This document shows positions 39,364 to 51,856 of a stretch of DNA of 64,000 nucleotides, piece after piece (position 1 is the stretch's first letter; the number at the start of each line of letters is the position of its first letter). The notes beneath the pieces were generated by a model. The model did not search any database. It was not told the origin of the DNA and saw only the letters and a list, made by a program, of their open reading frames with translations. Position numbers and translations under genes: made by a program. The stretch is from Cirrosporium novae-zelandiae. Its lineage: Eukaryota. Location: the NCBI GenBank assembly GCA_026023565.1, contig JAPETS010000002.1, positions 434,001 to 498,000 of the forward strand, in the 5' to 3' direction.

Positions 39364-40792
39364 CTGAATGAGAGGCTTTTTTTTTGGTGGCTGAGTATTT
39401 TTCTGTTCGTATAGCTGTTGTCCGTTCCTCCATGTCCATCTATATCTATTCATCCACCCATCAAGAGTATTCCGCAACCTCCTAGAAATCTTCTATACCC
39501 CTAAAGTGTGATGGATATACGAATGATTCGAGTACGTACATACATCCTCAACCTCAAACCCAATAGCGATATCTCCTTGCTTTGTTTTTTCTTTTTAATT
39601 TTATTGTATTCTAAACTAACCTCGGTTTTATATCTAGATGAATTGGAAGACTTGCTCTCCTGCTCCTCCTCCTCTTCCTCTTAATGTCAGATCATACCAC
39701 AGGCTCCAGACCGTCCTTGTTCGATCCCCAACGATATCGGGAAGGAAACCATGTTCGTGTTAGAGTTTATTCCCTATCCTTATTTTAAGTTTAGTTGCGG
39801 AAGAGTATAAACTAACCACTAACCATCTTCGTCCCCCTTTCTCTCTCTCCCATCTAACCTCTACCCTCAACCACCACCCTAAACAAACACACGCATACGA
39901 TACAACCACAAGACCAAGAGAACCGGGCATCCCTCGTCCACTCTACCATACAGACATAAACTTGAATCGGCACGATTGCAAGATTCTCTTTCTTGATTAC
40001 CGTCTCACCCTTGCCTCATCTGGTTTCTCGCCCTAGGAATTGCAACAATGCTCCCTCCACTTCTTTGGATTAGTAGACATGGCCATCGTGGCTTGCTTTG
40101 CTGTTAGGAATTACAATTCTATTTATTGCTGATGCTCTTATAGAGTCTTCTGGAGAGTCTTTTATCCTTGGGCATTTCAATTTGCATTTATATACCCTCA
40201 TCTTCCTGGGAGGGGGGAGAGGTAGTGGTCAATTTGACTATAGATATACTATACTGTAACTGACTGGTCTCTATCTTACTATAGCATTCAGAATATGGAT
40301 GGATCGCAAGACTATGAATTTGAATTGACCACGAGAGTACTATCTGATAATCTTTATACTAATTACGTGGATCATTTTCTACTGATCCTGACGCTCTTCT
40401 CTTTTACGTTCCTATCAATCTTATCGAATCTGCGTCCAATTATTGGTCTTCTTTATTAGGCCTAATGTTGTGTCTTTTCTAAAAAATGGTTAGACGTTCT
40501 TGGCGAACTGTAATCCTATTAATTACTTCTCATAATTACTGATTGAGCCCGTCTTGCGAGCTAGCCCCGCTCTGAATCTACTACCACTACCACCACACCA
40601 CCACTACTACTATTACTACCCTCATACTGGCTGTAGTCACATTTGTCTGTTGTTAGTCACCCTTACACTTGCTCACCAGTGGCATCTATTAACTTTTGAG
40701 TTAGGAAAATATCGAAGCTAGCAGGTTGCAGTGCTTAATTTGTCACTGTTCTTGGTATCTTCTACACTTCCGCTCAGGAGACACTGTTGACA

Positions 40793-43238
40793 ATGGAGGC
40801 TCTTCCGAAAGCAGCATCTAGAGGGGATAGAGAGACTGTGGAAGCTCTTATTAAAACAGGTGTAGATGTCAACGCTCAAGGCGGGGAATATGGGAATGCT
40901 CTCCAAGCAGCAGCAAACCAAGGGAATAAAGAGGTCGTGGAGATCCTTATTAAAGCAGGCGTAAATATTAACGCTTAAGATGGCTACTATGGGAATGCTC
41001 TCCAAGCAGCAGCATATAGAGGGAGTAAAGAGATTGTGGAGATGCTTATCGACGCAGGTGCAAATATTAACGCTCAAGGTGGAATATATGGGAATGCTTT
41101 CTAAGCAGCAATAGCAAATAGGAATGAAGAGATATTAAAAGTGCTGCTTAAAAATCAAGCATCAGCGGACATTCAATCGTCTAAGAATTCTTCGGGCCAG
41201 ACACCGTTCCATCTTGCAGCCACGTCTGGGGATCTACAGCTTCTTGAAATGCTCGATCCTTTATTAGACTCGAACTCGATTCTTAACGAAAAAGACATTG
41301 ACGGGCGAACGCCTCTCCACCTTGCAGTAGAGGAGAAAGCTGTTGATGTTACTAAGTGGCTTCTTAGTAAAGGTGCCGAAGTTAACATTCGGGACTTTGG
41401 TGATGTTACGCCATTTCAACAGGCATCTCAACTTGAGAACTTTGAAATATTATGTCTACTTTTTCCAAAGATAACCGAGGACCTAAATTTAATTAATGCT
41501 TCTAAGTGGAGGTCTATTTTAGGTCATGGTTCCGACAAAACCATCATGATAACCAACGGTGAATCGGCGACTATCAAGGCTATCAGTAAAAGAGAATTAG
41601 ACCAATATATTGACGATAGGTCATATTCTCTAGCCCCTTCCACCTTAGAATTACCGGCAAAGGATAAGTCAATGGCAAAGGACACGCTTGAAAAACTGAT
41701 ACTGTGAGCCTCCTAATTCCATATTATAGCGGCATTACTTACCTGGCAAAATATATTTACAGATAATAGTCTCTTCGGAAATGGGTCTTCGTCGGGATTA
41801 CAATACCGGTGGTGGCGCAAGACAACGAAAACGGAGGGAAAGGAGGGGAGTAGAAGGGACACCCGTCAGATTTGGAGGGTACACTTGAACACGGTTCCTA
41901 GTGCAGTCATCATAAGTCAACTTCCATCTGGAGAATGTAATCATACACCCTGTACTAACATGTATATATGAATTGTTGGGATCGACGTTAAGCACTTACT
42001 AATATTTAAAAGGTTTTCTCGAATGCCGCTTTACATTACCGATTTTCCATTCAACTAACCAAGAAAATATTTTAGAATCTTTAATTAAACCTTTAGAAAA
42101 CCTGAAGAGGAAGCACGGCATCATTTGGATCATGGTCAAGCCTGAATCTTCAAAGACTGAAATGGGGTCTTTGAAGGCTGGACCGGAGGCTAAGAGGCCA
42201 ATTCTTAAGTCCAAAACTTTCTTCAGCACCCTTGAATATGCAACGGTGCCAAATACGGCCACTGACCTTTTTCTTCCATTAATTCAACAACTTCGAGAGG
42301 AATGGGATGGTATTTCCAAAGAGGCAGGACAACATCTTAATGACATGGCAAGGATAAGCATCTTTTTCAAAGACCTTAGCTAACCATTTAATAGCGTACA
42401 AAAGTGTTAGAAGCAACTGGTATTGAGTCAGAGACCATCAAGACTCTATTACATGGCGCCAGGCTGTGGGGATTGCTTAGCAACCTGCTCGAAAATTAAA
42501 TTATGACCCTTAAAAACTTTCAAGGGGACTATGAGAATAAGAATTGGATAGTACTACGTGAGCAAGACAAGGATAAAGAAGTGGTTCAAAAATTCGCAAA
42601 AGAAATAGTTGAACTGGATAAGGAAGTGCGCGAGAAACTCAAAAACTTGACTGCAATTTCTCAGGAGTTAATTCAACTGATCAAACAACTCATTCTTACT
42701 TTAAGATTGCCGGCTAATGTGGTAACAGGAATTTAATCTGACATCGATTGCGGAAGCACAGAAGTCAACTTCTACAAACCAAAGTATGAAGCGTCTAACT
42801 TGGATAACGGTGAAATGTTTATGAATCTTATTTTTTTAATCATAGGCTTACAATCATACCTTAGTTCATATTTCTCCCGCTCACATTCATTGCAGTACGA
42901 TCACCTAAGTCTATCCAATCAAAATGATATTAATTTTTAATTTAGGGTCTCTTTGGCATGAACATCGATATTCTTCAGTCCAATCCTAGCTGGTGGCTGT
43001 ATCTTACACTTGCTGCTGGTACTACCACTCTGACATTTGCAGTGTGGATTATATTCAAAGGGAGTGAAAATGTCAGTATGATGATTCCGGAACTTGTGAT
43101 GAAAATATTACTAATATATTTAATCTGTAGCTGGAGGGTCGGATTGAAGGAAATTTCAGATGGTTGACGAAGCAGAAGATTCGGGACGAAGAGACGGGAT
43201 TGGGGACGGGGACGAAGAGAAAAGTGAAGAGCTCCTAG
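40793..43238 (+). pseudogene. Ankyrin-repeat protein with C-terminal CorA-like two-TM (GMN) domain; disrupted
   Basis: GNALQAA-type ANK repeats plus two TPxHLA repeats; C-terminus MKRLTWIT-FIFLPLTFIA-GLFGMN...WW. In-frame TAA at 40976, 41102 and 42497; expected intron donor reads AT at 42680. Confidence 0.8.
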
Positions 43239-44368
43239 GGTTTGTATTGGATAAAAGGGAAAAAGGCCCAGTTTATAATTGATCGTCTTAGGAAGAAATG
43301 TCTTCTTGTCTTATTTTTCTATAGAAGACTTCCTTCTAGCTGAATTATATACAAAATTGTCTGCATACGATACCGGATCAAATCTTGTCAGATAAGGTGG
43401 AACATGACGCATTCCGGTTTTGGACATGGTGCCGTTTTGGTTGGAGGACTAGGAGCTGGATGGTCGCTGGTAGGGGAGAGGGCGGAGGAGAGGGGTGAAT
43501 GAATGAATGTCTTCGATAGGGGTGGAGAAAGGGCCGTGGGTTCGTGGTTTTGAGAGGAAAAGAGGAGAGAGGGAGGAAAGGTGAGCTAAGCTAAGCTTGC
43601 GCAAGACAGCACAAGTTTAGAACAATCAAAACCAGTGACTATTAGAAGCTCGGGTAACAGCATTCACGAGGGATGTCCAGGTCCAGGCAAAGACCGTCAT
43701 AACGGGTGGGATATATAGATACATACCTAGGTAGATAGGTAAGGAGAGGTAGGTCCCCCCCTTCTCTTTTTTTTCTTCGTCTTTTTTAGAACCTAGTAGG
43801 TTGGTTGGTGGTTGGTGGGTTGGATGAAATTTTTTGTAAGGGATTTTTGGGGGGATGGGATGGATGGATGGAGGTTGATTAGGGTTGTGGGGTGAGGCAA
43901 GAAGAAAAGAGGATTGGATTAGGTGTTATATACATATGTAGAAATAGAAATAGGGGGCGTTATGATATCGATATCGATATTCACATCATAAGAACCTATG
44001 TAGGTAGTCTAGAGAGAGGTGTGGAGGAAGTTCTCCCCCCTTAGCAAGCGAGTAAGGAGAGAGGAGTGGAGTGGAGCGGGACAGGAAGGGCTTATAATGA
44101 GTGATCTATTTCTTTTTCTTTTTCTTTCACTTTCTCCTTATAAACAGGCTTGCCTTTGTCTTGTACTCCTACTCCCATTCCTACTACCCCTACCCCTATA
44201 TAAAATAAAAACTAAAAAATGGAAATAAATCGTACGGTACGGTTTGCTGTATGCCTAGGTATCTAGGTAGGTAAATAGTAGCCAGCCTACATGCTCTTGA
44301 ATGACCTGAATAGCTTGGAAGGGTTTTTGGAGGGAAGTAGAGGATGTGGGTATCGATAAATGGGAAGA

Positions 44369-44393
44369 GGGGGGGGGGGGGGGGGGGGGGGGG
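44369..44393 (+). repeat. Poly-G tract (25 nt)
   Basis: Seen directly. Confidence 0.9.
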
Positions 44394-45501
44394 ATTCTTG
44401 ATGACGGAGCAGAGAAATATATATATATTCCCTCTAGTCCTGGTCCTGAAGTTCTATTCAACAGTAATAATAATAACCATACACAATAATACACAATCAT
44501 AATAACCCGAAATAGACTAGACTTGACGTTTCTGATAATCTGGATGCTGAGACGTAGCTAGTAAAGCTACCTTTTCCCAGGTCCTCTATAAAAATTCCAT
44601 GATCGTGAGAAGGGGGCTGGTTTCCTAACAAATAAGTTGGAGTACGGAATATCCTATCCGAACGATCCGAACGATTGCCAGAGTGTAATTCCATTCGCAT
44701 GGTTGGAATTCGTGGCCTTTAAAGGTTAATTATCATAGAAATATAAGAGAAAGACGGAGCATAAAAGGAATAATTGAGATACTCTTTTTAAATAGGGTGC
44801 TAGCTTTAATCGAAAGACTAGCCTTGCTTCTAGAAAATTGAGTAGATAATAAACACCGCAATTGAATGATTTTTTTCCTCTAGAAAATATGTATCATGTT
44901 TCCGGTAATCAAATCTGGTCAGGATAGGGAATTGAACCCAACCTGGTATTGATGGCATCCGACAGCCTGCTCCATCGAATTGAGGCCCTCGCCAATCGAG
45001 TTGGTTGTTGAAGATAGATGATGGTCTTGCCTGTGAGCATCCCATGGTTAGAGATAAAAGAGGTTGTGCTGTGTATTATCGGTGGGTGTGGCTGGGTTCA
45101 GGGATATTTGAAAATCCATGAACGCTGCTAGTCTGTGAATGTTTTGAAAGATGAGGGGTAATTTCCGTTGTTAGAATTTCAAAGCCATGGAAGGATAAAT
45201 ACGGAGATAAAAAAGAATGATGCCTAGCTGAGTGGCCGTTGAAATTCCCCAAGTACCTACTTACCATACATAGTAGTAGGTAGTGGATGGATTATAGATT
45301 ACACACCAAGGCCCCCACACCACCCTCGACCTAAAACAATTTATCTCAAGATAAGCATTAGTGAGGTATCTACTCGAGTAATAGCCGAGGCACTTTCAGA
45401 TCATCCACCAGCTTTCATGGGAAAACAACAAGGTTGCTTGCTTGCTTTCTCTGCATTTACTGTATGCATACTCATATTTTTAATACATTTTGGGTTGCTT
45501 C

Positions 45502-46700
45502 ATGAAAACAACCATGGCTCGTCTTCTCTCACCTGCCATCTCTTCCTCCCTTTCCCGTCCACTTCCAGTACTAGCAGCTATCCCCTCATGTACATCACAG
45601 CTCTCAACTTCCGCTCCCTCCCCTCCCATAAAAGATGCCCGCTTTCTTACTACAACTAAAGCACGTATTGGAAGATGCATGACATTTGGTCTTCCATCAG
45701 AATACATGGGGGAAGCAACGGTCATATTACGAGAGCTGGCCCAAGATTGGCGGGAATTGGTTGCAGGGAGTGAAGGGTTCTTGACGTCGAAGCGGATGAG
45801 TGGATTATTTCGACAAAAGGTTGTCTGGGGAGAGATGGTAAGTTATGTTGATGTCGCGTTGACCGATATATCTTGGGATGACAAAAGCCAGGCTAATTAC
45901 TTTGGATGAGGGTTGGCGTAGGATGTAATGGTAAGCTATTCTAACATTTCCCCAAAGCAGTAATAGCCAGTTCATTCTGCTATAAAACAATCGAACCAAG
46001 CCATGATAGATATTGAGAATTTTCTAGGGTACTTGAGTCCATCTACAAATAAGCGGAACCATTGGAATCTAATCATGAAAAAGGTCATGTTAACAATGTT
46101 ACTTATTTCCGCTATGCCGAGTCTGCACGGATAAACTGGGCATATAATTTTGCAATACATCTCGACCCTGGGCATAGACGTGAATGGAGTGATATGTGGA
46201 CACCAAAGGGCCACGGACTTATATTGAGGAGTATGCGGACAGATTTCAAGTTTGTATGTTTCATTTTCTTCCTCGGTCTTGTCCTTCCCTAGATCGTTCC
46301 TATTACTATCGAGTGTAGAGAAAAGGGCAGAGACTAATCCTAGCATTATAACTGAAAGCCAATGGCTTGGCCAGACCATGTTACTGTTCTTCATAAGCTA
46401 AGGTCAATGCCCGATCGATCGACAGATTCATTCGTTCTTGACGTTATCATTCTCTCGGAGCGACATCAGCGGCCGGCAGCGAGATGCGAAGAAGACATAG
46501 TGGTATATGATTATCGCCAGGGAAGAAAAGCTACACTACAGCCGTTCATGGTGAACAAATTTCAAGAAGTATTTCAATGGCAAGAGGAGGCCAAACAAAA
46601 GAATAGTAAACGGGTACAGGGTTTACTATCTAGGGTACGAGCGTTAGAAAAGGCAAGTTGGGATAGAGTGGACGCCAAGGAAGACTTTGGAGACCAATGA
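45502..46700 (+). CDS. Hotdog-fold thioesterase (4HBT-like), probably mitochondrial, with microexons
   Basis: RIGRCMTFG, WRELVAGSEGFL, VVWGEM-DVM-GHVNNVTYFRYAESAR, FKFPMAWPDHVTV, AARCEEDIVVYDY. Start could also be 45514. Confidence 0.85.
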
Positions 46701-47966
46701 AGCTAAAAAATGGTGGAGGCCACGGAAGGCTCGGTCGGACAAAAGACAGTAATAAAGATGTGATATTAGGTACAACGTAGGAAGTGAATTATTATTTGGC
46801 GGTATGGACCTCCAGTGGTCTACCAATAGGCAGTGCCGGCAAGAAGATAAAGATGTGGGGTAGTTATACATTTGGAGGAGGGAAGAAGAAATTCGCACGA
46901 TATTTCCGAGGCACTTGAGGGTACAAATGATGGAGTTTCGCTATCAAAAAGTCGGTCCAGGATGCGAAGGCGTTTTTGTGGACAAGTTAGAAGGAGAAGC
47001 ATAAGAAAAGCCCTTGGATAGTAGTTGCTCCCGACGATCCCCAGACCAACTGTCAAAAGCAACAGGGTCTTACTGGAGTATCGGCATCAGATTTCAATCG
47101 GTCAATGGGTATCACGAGTCCTTCACAGGATCAATTGCCAACCGATTGCCTACAATTACCTACTTTTGTCTACTTTTTTTCTAATTTATGAGACTATGGA
47201 TGCAAATTTCCCCAAGTCATGCACATGTGTTGTGAAATAATGACTGGCTGCGGGAGTGGCTGATTGACTAATTGATCAAAGGAACTCCACATTTGATGAT
47301 AGTGACGATGATGCTATTTATTTTTTTTGTTTAATTTTCTTTTTGTGTTATTTTGACTTGATTAGTTTGGTTACTTTTTCTGTGGTGCTAACTAATAAGA
47401 CTTACCACGAAGATATGCCGAGGGCGATCAAATTGAGGATAGGAATAAGCATAGGCTGAGATACATAACGCGATAAAAACAAGCATCTTCCTGGTTCGGT
47501 AATGCAAAAGAGTACTAATTAACTATTACCATCGTACTCGGATACATGAAGAAAAGAAACAAAAAGAAAAAAGCAGATGAGATTGATAAGCTTGATTGAT
47601 TGATGTCTTGGAATACCTTGGGACATCTTGGACAGCTTGGGCACTCAATACACTCAGGATACAGTAATATTAATTAATTACCAGATTCCCACAGTAGCCA
47701 GGATTCCCCTTTTGTCCTCTTGCATGATTTTTTATTCAACTTTACTAGTGAGTGAGATAACTGTCATTCGTACATCAAGTTATTTATTTCATCTTTATTC
47801 GAGGGAAAGCTTAGTAGATCATGGCGTTTTACCTGTTCAAGTCTTTAGGTCTTCCCTGCCAGTCTTTACTTTACCCTTGTTGATGGAGACAATTGTTTTC
47901 ATTTTAACCAATCGCATTCCATTCTCACTCTTCCACCCTCTTAATACGTTAATACGCCTATGAATA

Positions 47967-48038
47967 CCCAGTTAGACCCCCAGTTAGACCCCCAGTTAGA
48001 CCCCCAGTTAGACCCCCAGTTAAACCCCCCCCCCAGTC
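47967..48038. repeat. 12-bp minisatellite (CCCCCAGTTAGA)n, ~5.5 copies
   Basis: Perfect copies at 47977, 47989 and 48001; variant copies flank them. Confidence 0.92.
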
Positions 48039-48336
48039 ATCTCAAAAACCACACACTCAAACTTCTTAGCTAAACTAACTTGGAAAGACTAGAAACGACT
48101 CTTCTTACGCCCTCGCGACCTTCACTTACACATTATTACTTCTTAACCACAAACAATTTCCTTACCCTACTCCCGCCTCAAACACCCACCCCTCCAAAAT
48201 ATCCTTCAAAATTCCGTTCCCTCTCTTTTTAATTGTTCGACTCTGCTGCGGTCTTCTCGGTCTGGCTTGGATAGGTATCCTGTCAAGCCCGCCTGAGATT
48301 GGTTTGCCGCGGTCGGGGTCGTCGCGCCTTCCTTCC

Positions 48337-51297
48337 ATGCCGAAAAACAATGGTTTGAAGAAACTGTCTGCAAACCAGCACAACTCTCGCCATGAAAACG
48401 GTCTTGTTGGTCCTGGGAAGAAAGTGTCTAAACAGAAATCCAACGGTCATTTGAACGGTTCTGCGAATGGCTCCGCGAGAGCTCAGTCTCGTACTCCGCC
48501 GCTTCCATCTCCAGTCCAGTCAACATCCCCGGTATTAGATGCGTCCGATAACCCTTCAGACGGAGTTATGGCAGAGTCACGGCTGCAGAGTGGTGGTGCA
48601 CATGGGTATACGCAAGATGATGGGAGTAGGAGACGGTCGTCCAGAGGTTCAGATTCTTCAGGCTACAGCCCAGAGATTTATCAAAATAGTTCGGTGCCCG
48701 TCAACAATGAACAACCACGACGGCGGATCGACGTCAATGCTGCCAAAAACCCTGCCGTTCATGATAGCACTTCTCCTTATTCAGCAACTACATTGATTCG
48801 CTCGTGCCCATTAATTGATACTATTGCCATCCTTATCATCTTTCTCCAGGTCCCCCCCGCCTTGGTTACCTTTTTCCAATTCATGTTTGCCGCCTTGACA
48901 TTTCCTTCGGGGGGGACTATATTTTCCCTTTCCGCTATTGACATCTTCCAAGGTACTAATGGAGGGCCCTCTGTTGCTACAATCCTAGTTGCTGACACGG
49001 CCCTATTGCTCGTTTGGTTAATGCTGTCAAACCCTGTTCAGAGTTTTGCGTTGGACTTGGCTTCCGCACGCATTGCCATGACCCTTGGTGGTGGACCATC
49101 GCGTAAAGCAGGGCTGTTTGATAGTATATTACTATGCATCATGATCGTTAGTATTGCCCAGCTGAGTCGTAGCAAGTATGCGCAACGGTACCTCATGGAG
49201 CATTTGTTACCCGCAGGGGTCGAGGGAGATTCCTATTCGCTGGAAAACCCACAGACTTCGTCGTTTTCATTTTTCAGTGCTACCTCAACCTCGACACCCG
49301 CTGGCGGGATCAAAAGCATGCTTACAGTCCATATACTTGCACAAGGCCTCATCTTAGGAATTAGGCGTTGGCTGATTGGACGGGAGAAAACCAAAACATC
49401 TCGCCCAGGTAGATCGACGGACCCCGAAGCCAGTGCTGGCTCCCATACGCCGGACACCCAAGTTCCCGCCGATTCTACGAGCATAAGTAGCCTATCGGTT
49501 GCTTCGGATGTGCCTCCTCCCACCCCTACGATTACCAAGGATACCCGAGACAAAACTTCAAGCGTAAGACGAAAAAGACGGCAAGGAACATTGGTCAAAA
49601 GCCAACAGCCCTTGTGGGCAGCCATAGCCCAGTGCAAAGTAAATTACCAACGAGATGGTGATGGGGCCATCCCCGCCCGAGGAGCCCCAGGATCGAGGCC
49701 AGAAGATACGGAAATTCTGCCACCGGCAACATTTGATCGAGAAGCTGGGAAGGTTTGGGTTACCGATGTCGAAGCCACCAAAATTCATTTCAGCACCAGC
49801 CCCTTTTCTCTTTACTACTCATCGTCAACCGATGACGATGACTCCGATAGGGACACGGCAAGCCGTCGTCCGTGTGCGGACCAACCGAAGCCCTTTTACA
49901 TCCGTGTCAATGGCGCCGACTGGACGTCTGTTATTTGCAATAAGCTGCCGGAACTTGATATTGGTGGTGGCAGATATGGAGAGCAGTGGTATGGTGAAAT
50001 CTTCGGACTTGCCCCTAAATGTACCTATCTGTGTACGTTTTTACGTAGCTCTGATGACCAGGAGCTGTTTTCCGTGAGCATCACCACTCCAGCTGCTCTC
50101 AATGCTGAGCAAGGTTTGTATATCGTCGCATTCCATATACGTAGATCGATGCTTATTTAGAGAGTAGTACCTAATGCCACATCCCATCGTGCGGGCCTGC
50201 CTCTACGACCGTCTTCTCCGACCACGACCCTGAAGAACTCGATAGCTGCACAGGAAACCAAACTTCAAGAGGTTAGGTCAAAACAGAAGCGGATCCGCAA
50301 AGACCATAAATCTTCCGTTGCCGCCCAGAAACGGGAAGTCGATGCTCTTAGCCAACGTCTAAATTCCTCTGGAACAACAGATGAACGACAGCGTCAACGA
50401 ATTCTTCAAGTCAAGCAAAGCATCAAGCAAGCCGATGAAGCGACCGCAGAGATGAAGAACAGAATTGAAGAGCTAGCCAATGTTCCTGAAACAGAGACAA
50501 GCGCTTGGAAACAAGGGAAAATGGATTGGGATGAAGAGAATTCCAAACAAGCTGCTACTGAGATTGAGCTTACAAAGGCCAAAGCCAATGCCGAACGTCA
50601 ACTTAATCAAACCTCGTCCGACATTTCTACCACTTCACGTGCTCGGGAAAGGCTTCAGGCTCGCGCTGCCAAGCTTACGGAACAGCATCAGAAGGCTAGA
50701 ACTACTATAGCCCCGGCAATCAACGAGAAGACACAACGTATCGCCGACCAAATTGCCAAGGACCATCAACGGCAGCAGGTCGAGTCAGATTACCAAAATC
50801 AATTCAAAAGACTAGAGCAGGACACTTTGGAGTCTAAAAGCACGACTCAGGCACTTTGGCAGCAGATCCAGCATCTGCATTCAAGTTTGGAAGAAGCTGC
50901 TAGTCCTGTGTATAATCTTAATGATCTCAATGATCCTCCGCTCCAGACGCCTGAAGGAGATTTGCCAGGGACAATGCCTCAAAATTCGCAAAACAGCATT
51001 TCTCAAGCATTCAGCTACTTTCCAAGCTTCACAAAGCTAACTCCCATCCCGATAGAAAATCACGACATGGTGGTCAATGAATCTGCTTCACCGCCGCATA
51101 CTGTGATAACGGTTGTAGATCATGCCTACGGTCGTCCGCGAGGGCGGTCTAGTTCGATGCTTTCAGGTGCTAGTGGCACTACAGATTTCTTTGACGCTGA
51201 TGCCAGCATGACCGAGGGTCGCCCGCCATTTGGGACCGTGCTTGGAAACGTGGGTGGAGATGGTAGCCAGCGGGATCCGATGAGTCCGCCTAGGTGA
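48337..51297 (+). CDS. acrB: Ubiquitination network signalling protein AcrB-like (TM region plus coiled coil), one intron from 50114
   Basis: N-terminal SRHENGLVGPGK..KQKSNGHLNG, CPLIDTIAILI.LQ.P, QQPLWAAIA..K, RVNGADW, LRPSSPTTTLKNSI, then a long coiled coil. Confidence 0.8.
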
Positions 51298-51849
51298 TGC
51301 TGGAAGGCATGACTGGCTACTATTAGTGGTTGCATGTTTGAATGATAGCCCTGTATTCAACGGCTCATCCAGGCGGGGGCATCTTCTAATTCTTGTAGAA
51401 CATGCCATCTTTGGAAATGAATTGAAGGGGTTTTCTCTTCTGGTCACATCTCGGGTTCCTGTATTTCTTGAATGCTGTAAGATTCGTAGTTAGTAATTCT
51501 CCACGTTAGCTAATTACTGTGTACCTAATGTAGGTATAGTCTCGAGTGATACAAAGGTACTTGGGTAGGTACGTAGTAGATCTAAGAGACAAGGCGAGAA
51601 GTAAGCACTAAAGACGACTGTAGACACGGGGAGGGTTATTATAGCGATTAAAGGAGAGAGATTGTTGGAAGAGGCCGATTAAGATCCCCGCAATTTAGGC
51701 TCCGAGCTCGCTCCGATCAACAGCTGGTAATTACTGTAACTTGGTAAAAACTAATATTTGCGTCACATCGAAGAGAGAAAAAAAAACCCCCCCCCCATCT
51801 GAGTTTAATCTTCAGCCCCTCCATACCCTCCTGTACCTCCCAGGGCCTG

Positions 51850-51856
51850 TGACTCA
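51850..51856 (+). promoter_or_regulatory. Gcn4/CpcA response element TGACTCA upstream of CPA2
   Basis: Exact consensus about 345 bp before the ATG of an arginine-biosynthesis gene. Confidence 0.7.

Noticed and set aside
40976..42499. Premature stops corrected by A-to-I editing
   Set aside because: The stops are TAA, two of them at Gln positions of the repeat. Editing would not restore Gln, and a splice donor is also lost.
47967..48038. CRISPR array or telomeric repeat
   Set aside because: Head-to-tail repeats with no spacers, in a eukaryote; the unit is not TTAGGG.
48304..48336. TTG-initiated N-terminal extension of AcrB (and similarly 13806-13871 for the SMR gene)
   Set aside because: Artefact of alternative starts in the ORF track; the downstream ATG gives a plausible N-terminus and nothing supports non-AUG initiation.
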